Translations under genes and position numbers: made by a program
Assembly (NCBI GenBank): GCA_002366835.1
Contig: DFBZ01000147.1
Location: 13,649 to 77,648, forward strand
Direction of reading: 5' to 3'
Source of the DNA: Gammaproteobacteria bacterium UBA3067
GTDB taxonomy: Bacteria; Pseudomonadota; Gammaproteobacteria; Pseudomonadales; UBA3067
Length of the DNA: 64,000 nucleotides
Shown here: in pieces, positions 39,996 through 48,052 of the stretch
Position numbering within the stretch: the stretch's first letter is position 1
How the letters are laid out: every line of letters starts with the position of its first letter
The notes under the pieces: model-generated
Seen by the model: only the letters and a program-made list of their open reading frames with translations
The model's database searches: none
What the model was told of the DNA's origin: nothing

Positions 39996-40354
39996 ATGCA
40001 CTTGATCCAAAAACGGGAAAAATTGTCTGGAAATATACGGAAAAATTCAGCTGCTCAGAGCCAGAAGACTGCGACGATGGCTTTTCTGCACCACCAAGCA
40101 TTATCCCCGGCGTGGTTTTTGCCGGCACCATGCTTGGAAAGCTCTATGCCTTTAACCGTGACTCAGGAGGAGTTATCTGGGAATATGACACCACTCAAAA
40201 TGTAAACACAGTGAGCGGTGACGAAGGCCACGGGGGCTCTATTGATGTAGATGGTGCGGTTATTGCGAACGGTCAGCTTTATGTTCATTCCGGATATGGG
40301 AGAATGGGCAAAGGTGGTAATGTACTTCTAGTTTTTTCAATCGACGGGAAATAA
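39836..40354 (+). pseudogene. Same PQQ-type beta-propeller gene, C-terminal reading frame
   Basis: NGFDLDVGANTLLF.., LNALDPKTGKIVWKY, GKLYAFNRDSGGVIWEY, and ends ..LLVFSIDGK. This frame is offset from the upstream part. The switch occurs at the A-rich run 39831-39838. Confidence 0.6.
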
Positions 40355-40358
40355 TTCA

Positions 40359-40910
40359 ATGAAAAAGATATGCTTAACTGTAACAACCGTACTGCTCTCA
40401 ACAATAATGTGCGCTCCCACGTGGGCCGCTAATGCCTATAGCCCCAACACAGCGACAGCCCAAATGGAGAAAGCACCGCTGGTAGAAATTCGCAATGCAC
40501 AGCGCGCCTTCCCTGGTATTCTCAGCGGTGGCCAACCTACTGATGCGCAATTAAAAGAAGCAAAGAATAAAGGCTTCAAAACCATCATCAACCTGCGTCC
40601 GGTTAAGGAACATCAAGGGGAAAAGGAGGCCAATAAAGTACGAGAACTGGGTATGAACTATGTCAATATCCCGGTATCCGGTGCCCGTGGCATTACCAGC
40701 CAAAATAGCCAAGCGCTGATTCAAGCTCTTTCTGACACCAGCAAATACCCAGTAATGATACATTGCGCCAGCGGAAATCGCGTCGGTGCACTGTTCGCAT
40801 TAGATGCCGCGCAACGGGTAAAGCTATCGACTGAGGAGTCTATAGAAGTAGGGAAACAATCAGGCTTGACACGTTTGGCAGGTCTTGTGAAAAACATCAT
40901 CGAAAAATAA
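40359..40910 (+). CDS. Secreted DUF442/TIGR01244-type phosphatase-fold (BLH-phosphatase-like) protein
   Basis: Signal peptide (..CAPTWA). GFKTIINLRP and the active-site-like motif IHCASGNRVGALF. Confidence 0.65.
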   Translation: MKKICLTVTTVLLSTIMCAPTWAANAYSPNTATAQMEKAPLVEIRNAQRAFPGILSGGQPTDAQLKEAKNKGFKTIINLRPVKEHQGEKEANKVRELGMNYVNIPVSGARGITSQNSQALIQALSDTSKYPVMIHCASGNRVGALFALDAAQRVKLSTEESIEVGKQSGLTRLAGLVKNIIEK

Positions 40911-41111
40911 TCACCTCGACTTAATGCCCGCTTACTGAGCAAATCATGCGCATCACTCTAAAACCAGAAGCGGGCAAAAGTCCTTATCTACACGAATTAA
41001 ACAACGGAGCCATTTGAAACAGGCGGCCCTGGTTTTCAGTAAGACCATGCATACTCTTCTTGGACTCCAATCTGCCAATATACCCACCCTAAGGTAATCG
41101 CAGCCCTTCCA

Positions 41112-41948
41112 ATGAGCCAAACACTCCTCCTTTATTCTGCCGACACTCGGTGGAAATCACTCCGTTGCCGCCTTGCCGGGGTGGTACTCATCTACCTGAT
41201 CCACAGCAGCGCCTTCGCCGACACAAGTCAGCATCATTTAGACCTGCTTCTCAGCGGAAGTTATTTTGACTATCGGGAATATTCCAACAGCAAGCGAGAG
41301 TTAAACAGGGAAAGTGGGCCATTGCCCGGACTGGGTGCGGAATGGGAAAGCAACACCTCACGCTGGCAATTCAATGCAACACTGGAGTATCAGAAAAACC
41401 GAGTAAAATATGACGGTGAATTACAAAACGGCTTGAGCTACCAAACCAATACGGAAGAAAGCCTCCGCCATGCCTCGCTCAGTATACGCCCTATTACCAC
41501 ATCCTTTATCGTGCCAAAAGTGGGACTGGGGCATTGGTACTGGGAGCGTCAGATCCTTCCTGGCAGCATCAGGACAATTAACGGCACAGAGCCTGTGATT
41601 GGACTACTGGAAAAATATCAATGGCCCTATTTGGAAATTGGCCTAGACCTTCATCTCAGCGGCATCTTCGACACCCTGCCAAACAAACGTAGACACCTCA
41701 TTGCGCTTTCTTGGACGAACCCCAGAAAGGCCGAAATGGAAGTCTTTTTGCCTAACAGACGCATCACTGTTAACCCTGTATCGGAGCCTGGCTATTACCT
41801 TGCATACAGCATTCAAATGGAAGCCATTAAACTCGTATTCTATAAGCGACAGTGGCACCTAGACAGAAGCCCGACGATAAATGGCGTATTGGAGCCAGAG
41901 AACCGAACCTCTATTACTGGGCTAAAATTACAACTCAGACTTTTTTAA
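41112..41948 (+). CDS. Hypothetical outer-membrane beta-barrel protein
   Basis: 278 aa with a signal-like N-terminus (..IHSSAFA), alternating strands and a C-terminal ..LQLRLF. Confidence 0.45.
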   Translation: MSQTLLLYSADTRWKSLRCRLAGVVLIYLIHSSAFADTSQHHLDLLLSGSYFDYREYSNSKRELNRESGPLPGLGAEWESNTSRWQFNATLEYQKNRVKYDGELQNGLSYQTNTEESLRHASLSIRPITTSFIVPKVGLGHWYWERQILPGSIRTINGTEPVIGLLEKYQWPYLEIGLDLHLSGIFDTLPNKRRHLIALSWTNPRKAEMEVFLPNRRITVNPVSEPGYYLAYSIQMEAIKLVFYKRQWHLDRSPTINGVLEPENRTSITGLKLQLRLF

Positions 41949-42029
41949 AGCTAACGGGTTCACCTTTAGCTGGGAAGTGCTTACCTCCAAATGCCATAAA
42001 AAATAAAACGAAGCAGTTTTATTAGGGCC

Positions 42030-42272
42030 TAACAGGCTGTTGAAATTCGCTGAATTGAGTCAGGTGCAAGGCAAAATTAAGCGAAAAGGCGGACGACTCC
42101 ATGGATGGGGGAGGTAGAGCGACGCAGGATGCCAAAGCCGAGTTTACAGGTGTAAATGAGCAGAGCCTGCCCCGTGAAACGTTTTGGGTACTTTGAGTGC
42201 GATTTTACCGAAAGTAGGCGCCTTAAGCGACGCCGCAGATGGCCAAGTCAGTAGAATTTCAACAGCCTGCTA
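42030..42272. mobile_element. MITE-like element, family 1, full-length copy
   Basis: Terminal inverted repeats ACAGGCTGTTGAAATT / AATTTCAACAGCCTGC flanked by TA on both sides. About 243 bp with no ORF. Confidence 0.7.
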
Positions 42273-42277
42273 AAGAA

Positions 42278-42826
42278 CTATTCACCCTTCGAGAATATAT
42301 CGGTAGGCAAGCCATCCAAACTATTTCGGTTATTTTTATCCCAATAATCACGAATGCCCTCTTCACCTTTTTTTTCTGCCCAGTTATGTAAGGTTTTTCT
42401 ATCCTCTTTAAAATCATAATAAGGCACGGCATAACCACAGGAGGTTATTATCAATTCAAGCTTGAGATTAAAAAACTGGCGCGCACCAAGAGGCGCACCG
42501 TAGTTTTCACAATACGCATCCCAGCGATGATCGTAAGGGTGAATAGCCTCTGCTTGGCCATATAAACGAAGGATTAAGGGCTGCTTATCAAAACTGCAGA
42601 ACATGATCGTCATGCGATTAATATCTTTTAAATGGGCGGCGGTTTCGTTCCCGCTACCAGTAAGGTTTAACCACACCACTTCCTTTTCATTTTTAACCCA
42701 CAGAGAATCCATACCCTTAGGGGACAAATTTACATGGCCCTCTTTTGCAGCGGTGCCCACAAAAAAGAGATGCTGGCGCTGAATAAATTCAATATGTTTT
42801 TCTTCAAGCTTGGTAAACTTTTCCAT
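42278..42826 (-). CDS. Pyridoxamine 5'-phosphate oxidase-family (FMN-binding split-barrel) protein
   Basis: 182 aa. FIQRQHLFFVGTAAKEGHVNLSPKG is typical of this family. Confidence 0.75.
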   Translation of the reverse strand: MEKFTKLEEKHIEFIQRQHLFFVGTAAKEGHVNLSPKGMDSLWVKNEKEVVWLNLTGSGNETAAHLKDINRMTIMFCSFDKQPLILRLYGQAEAIHPYDHRWDAYCENYGAPLGARQFFNLKLELIITSCGYAVPYYDFKEDRKTLHNWAEKKGEEGIRDYWDKNNRNSLDGLPTDIFSKGE

Positions 42827-42828
42827 AG

Positions 42829-43473
42829 TCAGTCACACGGCCCCATAAGGTGCTCTTCGTGTTGAGAAAGAGAGCGTTGCTTTTCGCTACTATATAGCAA
42901 TTCATCAAGAGTGAGCTGGTAACTGGGGGCAAACACCTTGATAAAATAATCCACTTCGGGAAGATTATAACGCTGAATTCGCACGACCAAATCTTCCGCC
43001 GCTTTGGTAAATTCAGTATTGCCACAAGCCATTTCTGCCTTACACTTGAGGTAGGCTGATAAGGTGTCCGCTGCTTTTACTAATTGGAGGGTTTCACGGG
43101 GGATATTCTCCTCGACCATCACTGCAGCAAAATCACCTTGTAGTGCCTCGGGCAACAAAGCGACTAGTTCAAGCTCGGCTTTGGTTTCGATGGACTTATA
43201 GGCTTCCTGTATGGCTTTAGAGTGGTACTTAATCGGCGATGGCATATCACCCGTAATTACTTCGCTGCAATCGTGATACAGTGCCGCTGCAGTGACGGCG
43301 TTAGCATCAACATTGCCTTCGAATACGCGATTACGAATAATAGCCAAAGCATGTGCAATGGCGCTGACTTCCCAGCTGTGTTCCATCACATTTTCAGGGA
43401 TTGCATTACGTTTTAGGCCCCAGCGGGTAATCCATCTAATTTTACTGATATAGGCGAAAAAGTGACTTTTCAC
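42829..43473 (-). CDS. yfbR: 5'-deoxynucleotidase, HD-domain (YfbR)
   Basis: MKSHFFAYISKIRWITRWGLKRNAIPENVMEHSWEVSAIAHALA parallels E. coli YfbR. HD motif in LYHDCSEVITGD. Confidence 0.85.
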   Translation of the reverse strand: MKSHFFAYISKIRWITRWGLKRNAIPENVMEHSWEVSAIAHALAIIRNRVFEGNVDANAVTAAALYHDCSEVITGDMPSPIKYHSKAIQEAYKSIETKAELELVALLPEALQGDFAAVMVEENIPRETLQLVKAADTLSAYLKCKAEMACGNTEFTKAAEDLVVRIQRYNLPEVDYFIKVFAPSYQLTLDELLYSSEKQRSLSQHEEHLMGPCD

Positions 43474-43546
43474 TATGATGCATCTCCTGTGTGTTATGTA
43501 TTAGCTAAACTAATCATATCGTAGTGACAGAATTTGTGGATGAATT

Positions 43547-44410
43547 ATGCGTATAAAAACATTAGCCGTGGCCTCGGCTGCCGGTGGTCGCCATCGGGGG
43601 GGCCGCGAAGCAGCGCAGTATTACTTTGAGCACTACTTAAAACAAAAGCCCTATTTTAGCTGCGGCATTAAACAGTTTAGCTCCCACCGACATTACAAAC
43701 TCGGTCTCCTTTTTCGCCAACTACACCACGCAACGCAACGCTGCATTCAAAACAAGCAGCCTTTTTTGGTGATCGAGGGAGATCACTCCAGCGCCATCGG
43801 CACATGGTCTGGCGTCATGGATGGCCTTGAGCCAGACCAAAGCCTCGGACTTATCTGGCTCGATGCCCATATGGACGCCAACACCTTTCACAGCAGCCCC
43901 ACTGGCAACCTGCACGGCATGCCGGTTTCAGCATTGCTCGGCACGCAAGATAAACGTTTACAACGGCTCTACCCTGGCAAGAGGCACCTTCGCCCTGAAA
44001 ACCTTATCCTGATTGGTTTGCGTAGCTACGAAGATGGCGAAAAAGCGCTGCTTGACTCCTTGGGCGTGGAGTATTACACCATCGACTCTCTGAAAACCAA
44101 GGGCTCTCTGGAAACCATACTCTCGCAGTCCGTTAAAAAGTTATCCGCGCGTTGTAGCAAGCTCGGCCTCAGCATTGATATGGATGCCATTGATCCCCGC
44201 GATGCCCCAGCAGTCGCCACTCCCGTGGCAAATGGAATAAGGGGGGAGGCGCTGGTTCAAGCCTTGACCAAGGCCCTGCAGAACACCCAGCTCTGCGGCC
44301 TGGAGATTAGCGAATATGTGCCCATAAAAGACCCTGACAAACGCACACTGAAGCTGATGTCCCGGCTTGTAAACGCGGTTTACCCTAGCAGGCTGTTGAA
44401 ATCCTACTGA
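43547..44410 (+). CDS. Arginase/agmatinase/formimidoylglutamase-family ureohydrolase
   Basis: Mn-ligand motifs EGDHSSAIG, WLDAHMDANT and SIDMDAIDP. The last about 8 codons and the stop lie inside MITE copy 2. Confidence 0.8.
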   Translation: MRIKTLAVASAAGGRHRGGREAAQYYFEHYLKQKPYFSCGIKQFSSHRHYKLGLLFRQLHHATQRCIQNKQPFLVIEGDHSSAIGTWSGVMDGLEPDQSLGLIWLDAHMDANTFHSSPTGNLHGMPVSALLGTQDKRLQRLYPGKRHLRPENLILIGLRSYEDGEKALLDSLGVEYYTIDSLKTKGSLETILSQSVKKLSARCSKLGLSIDMDAIDPRDAPAVATPVANGIRGEALVQALTKALQNTQLCGLEISEYVPIKDPDKRTLKLMSRLVNAVYPSRLLKSY

Positions 44411-44530
44411 CTTGGCCACCTACGGCGTTAAAATCGCACTCAAAGTGCTCATTTACACGTGTAAACTCCGCTTTTTCGCTTGATTTTGCCTTGTATGTGG
44501 CTCAATTCAGCGAATTTCAACCGCCTGCTA
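44386..44530. mobile_element. MITE-like element, family 1, internally deleted copy in inverted orientation
   Basis: TIRs GCAGGCTGTTGAAAT / ATTTCAACCGCCTGC flanked by TA. Its interior matches both ends of the 42030..42272 copy in reverse complement. Confidence 0.7.
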
Positions 44531-45530
44531 GCAGTGAAAACAAATTTTTGGGGTCTTCCAATTCAGGGATCAAATCCATTTCCTGGCCAAGCTGATGCTG
44601 CTCAGTTAAATCATGCACTAAGCGCAGAATGGAGTAATCTTCCAGCGCAAAACCTACAGAATCAAACAGCGTGATCTCGTGGTCACCTTCACGCCCTTGT
44701 TTCGTTCCGTTTACCAGCTCCCACAACTCAGCGTGAACCAGCGAGGCATCACCCTGCTGGATTTCCCCCTCTATTAAACTTTGAGGAAGATATTCCACCA
44801 CAACGCGAGCGCGATGCAGCATATCCAAATCAATCTCCGTCTTACCGGGGCAGTCACCACCCATGGCGTGGATATGGCTACCCGCCTGAAATTGCTCAAA
44901 GGTGGCAATGCGCTGGGTTGTTTTGGCGGCCGTTGCAGTAATCACCATATACGTATTGGCAATCGCCTCCGCCACACTGTCACAGCGCACCAAGTCGAAA
45001 CCCAGTGGCTTAAGGTTTGAAGAGAATTTATCCATCGCCTTATTATCCACATCATAGCAATATACGGTCTTAATGGGCCGCACACAGCTCATAGCAATCA
45101 CCTGAAACTCTGCCTGAGCACCCGTTCCGATGATCGCTAGGGAGTCACAGTCCTCCCGCGCCATATAACGCGCACCCAGAGCGGCGACAGCGGCGGTTCT
45201 GATGGCTGTCAAGAGAGTCATCTCACTCAGTAAAATAGGGTAACCATTGCTCACTTCAATCAGCTGCCCCAGTGCCACCACAGATAAATCCCCTTTTAAG
45301 GGGTTGCCAGGGTGTCCATTCACAAGTTTATAGCTAAACAGCTGTTCGTCGGAGCATGGCATCAACTCAATAACACCGTGGGGGTAATGTGCCGCATAGC
45401 GGGGAGAAAACTGAAACTGATCCCAGCGGGAAAAATCTTGCTGGAGGTAATCAATCACCGAGTTAAAAAAGGGCTTAAGGCCCACCGTCTGAACCAGCTG
45501 CTGTATATCGGAGATGGTAATAACTTTCAT
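44517..45530 (-). CDS. Ornithine cyclodeaminase/mu-crystallin family protein
   Basis: 337 aa with the Rossmann motif IIGTGAQAEFQ and family-typical ends. The stop and last codons (..LLAGG) lie inside MITE copy 2. Confidence 0.82.
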   Translation of the reverse strand: MKVITISDIQQLVQTVGLKPFFNSVIDYLQQDFSRWDQFQFSPRYAAHYPHGVIELMPCSDEQLFSYKLVNGHPGNPLKGDLSVVALGQLIEVSNGYPILLSEMTLLTAIRTAAVAALGARYMAREDCDSLAIIGTGAQAEFQVIAMSCVRPIKTVYCYDVDNKAMDKFSSNLKPLGFDLVRCDSVAEAIANTYMVITATAAKTTQRIATFEQFQAGSHIHAMGGDCPGKTEIDLDMLHRARVVVEYLPQSLIEGEIQQGDASLVHAELWELVNGTKQGREGDHEITLFDSVGFALEDYSILRLVHDLTEQHQLGQEMDLIPELEDPKNLFSLLAGG

Positions 45531-45552
45531 ACTTGCTGCTCCCTGTTATAAC

Positions 45553-45589
45553 CTGATTGCTAAGCTAGAGTAATAAGCTTAGCAGTCAG
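45553..45589. other. 14-bp stem hairpin between the CPA2 antiporter gene and the ornithine cyclodeaminase gene
   Basis: CTGATTGCTAAGCT (45553-45566) / AGCTTAGCAGTCAG (45576-45589), with 13 of 14 positions complementary. There is no adjacent T-run, so terminator function is uncertain. Confidence 0.4.
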
Positions 45590-45641
45590 TGAGATGAAGT
45601 AGTTTAGTTATTGTAGCAGTACAAACCCAAGAGGAGGAGAC

Positions 45642-47327
45642 CTAAGAAACGGACTCCACTCCCCCCATATTTCCGTAATAAGCTAAACGAAAATCCCGCA
45701 ATATTTTTTCCCGTGATTCGGCATCCTCGCCACAGTTTTCCAGCACCATGCGCGCCAATTCAAGGCTGGCTTCGAGGTTTTCAGACACAACGCCAAATGC
45801 GCCCAGCTGCTGTAATTCACTACACTGTTGCAGATTATGTCCTCGTGCGTATAACTGTGCATCTGGGTAAAGGACTCGTAGTGTGCGCACCAATTCTTCC
45901 GTAGCGCTGACGTCATTGAGCGTAATGATGATCATTTTTGCCGTTGCGGCGCCCACGGCTCTGAGCAGCTCTGGCTGGCGCACATCACCATAAAATACAG
46001 GGTGGCCCGCACTGCGATCTCGCTCAACAACAAGCGCATCAGAATCCAGGGCAACGTAAGGCCTTCCTGCTTGCTGAAGCACCTGGCCAATACGGCGGCC
46101 AACACGACCAAAACCGGCAATCACAATGGGAGAGTCAGGCACAACCTGAATATCACCCACCGCTGCTTTGTCTTGCCTTTTAAAAACGCGATAGGCGACT
46201 TCTGCCAAAATAGGCGTGACAAGCATACTCAATAACACCACTAAAAGTAGCTGCTGAAAAAGCGCTTCAGCCAAAATTCCCGATTGAAAGGCGAGTGCGA
46301 ATAACACCAACGCAAACTCCCCCCCCTGGGCCAATATCAAGGTAACTGCCAAACCATTTCTTTTTTGCACGCCAAAAAAACGCGCCAAGGGGTATAGAAC
46401 AATAATCTTAATAACAACCAACAGAACCACCAGAAATACGGCACGAACAGGGTGAGCAATGAATAAATTCAGGTTCAGCGACATGCCCATCGACATAAAG
46501 AAAAGGCCGAGCAATAGACCGCGAAAGGGCTGAATTTCTGCAGTCACCTGGTGGCGATAGGAGGAGTCCGAAATCAGCAAGCCGGCCAGAAAAGCACCCA
46601 TCGCCATAGATAATCCAATATGCTCGGTGATGGTGGCAGTGCCCAATACAATAAGTAGTGCGGAAGCCGTAAACACCTCGGGGTTGCCAGAACGGGCAAT
46701 ACGATGCAAAAGGGGATGGAGAAAATAACGGCCCACCACAATCACCAGCGACAAAATAAATAACGACTCAAGTAGCGCCAAACCGACATTTTGACCAACG
46801 CCATCCTCCGTGGAGGCCAAAAGAGGAATAAGAGCCAGCAGGGGCACTACTGCTAAATCCTGAAAAAGAAGCACGGCAATGGATGTACGCCCATAACTGT
46901 TCTTAAGAGAGTTTTGCTCCCGCAATAATTGCAAAACAAACGCAGTGGAAGAAAGAGCCAAAGCCGGCCCAACCAATACCGCTGCTTTTAGCGGTAAATC
47001 AAACAGAAAGTACACCCCGCAGCTTATTAAGCTGCCTGTCAGTATCACCTGTAACAGGCCCAAACCAAAAACTAAACGCTTAATACTCCACAAAACAGAG
47101 GGTTTTAGCTCAATACCGATAACAAATAAAAGCAGCACCACGCCAATTTCAGAAAAATGACTGATCCCAGTAACATTGCCAATCAAACCCAAACCGTATG
47201 GACCAACCACAACTCCAGCCAGCAAAAACCCAGGCACAGCGCCCAAGCGCATTGACTGGGAAAGAGGCACCACCACCACCGCAGCCACCAGCAATAAAAT
47301 AAGGTCAATCAACATATATGAGTTCAT
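45642..47327 (-). CDS. CPA2-family monovalent cation:proton antiporter with C-terminal RCK/TrkA-N domain (KefB/KefC-like)
   Basis: 561 aa with about 12 TM helices, then the Rossmann motif IAGFGRVGRRIGQVL. Confidence 0.88.
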   Translation of the reverse strand: MNSYMLIDLILLLVAAVVVVPLSQSMRLGAVPGFLLAGVVVGPYGLGLIGNVTGISHFSEIGVVLLLFVIGIELKPSVLWSIKRLVFGLGLLQVILTGSLISCGVYFLFDLPLKAAVLVGPALALSSTAFVLQLLREQNSLKNSYGRTSIAVLLFQDLAVVPLLALIPLLASTEDGVGQNVGLALLESLFILSLVIVVGRYFLHPLLHRIARSGNPEVFTASALLIVLGTATITEHIGLSMAMGAFLAGLLISDSSYRHQVTAEIQPFRGLLLGLFFMSMGMSLNLNLFIAHPVRAVFLVVLLVVIKIIVLYPLARFFGVQKRNGLAVTLILAQGGEFALVLFALAFQSGILAEALFQQLLLVVLLSMLVTPILAEVAYRVFKRQDKAAVGDIQVVPDSPIVIAGFGRVGRRIGQVLQQAGRPYVALDSDALVVERDRSAGHPVFYGDVRQPELLRAVGAATAKMIIITLNDVSATEELVRTLRVLYPDAQLYARGHNLQQCSELQQLGAFGVVSENLEASLELARMVLENCGEDAESREKILRDFRLAYYGNMGGVESVS

Positions 47328-48052
47328 AAACAGCTAAGCTCACCGTCCTCTTGGTAAATACAGATGTGGCCAGAAACATCACAACCGCTTGGTTATACTA
47401 ACTTTCTCATGCTTACAAGGCGCAGGTTCCTAGTTTATTCAAAGCCCCCCGCCTGTAAGCCAGAATAATTTTAAAACTCACGAAAACCATCTTAGCAGCC
47501 AGGCTGGAAAAGTCATTGAAGAAGCCTGCGTCAATCAATAAAAATAACACAAGCCAGCTTATGGCGTAGGCCAAACACCAGCAAGCCCACTCCCTGCTCT
47601 TTGATATAAGCAGCAACCCAAGCCCGGCTAGCGTGGCGAGTAAGTATTGTCTCCGTATTTCTAGCCTGTTAGTCTAACGACCCAATAGAGCGCGCCCGCC
47701 CCAATAAAGCGCACCCGCCCGAAAGGCTATTACTAGCTGGACCAATAACACAAAATACACAGCCGAGCGCGCTCAAATAGTCGAGGAAAAAGTCCGACAA
47801 TTCCCCAAACATGACACCAGGTCACATATTTCTGTCTTGCTACAAGGCTAGTCTGGTTATTTAATAGACTGAGATAATTCGAACACCTGTGAATATTTTA
47901 AATACAAGCCACTTCCTTCAACGTTAAATCAGAAACTTAAGCAACGGGTTTCCGAGAAATATGACGGCTCAGAGCTTATCTACCTATCTAGGAACTAGAG
48001 AGGTTTGATCTTTCGTCGTTGAAACAGATTTTTTTAATGGAGCCCAAGCAGT

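Noticed and set aside
47413-47616. 67-aa reverse-strand ORF with one hydrophobic segment, upstream of the GT2 fusion gene.
   Set aside because: It could be a small membrane protein. However, the start context is poor and neighbouring frames also show broken hydrophobic readings, so there is not enough support to call it.
47685-47730. Tandem GC-rich motifs GCGCGCCCGCCCC / GCGCACCCGCCCG in the long intergenic region.
   Set aside because: There are only two imperfect copies, no hairpin potential, and no recognisable binding-site pattern.
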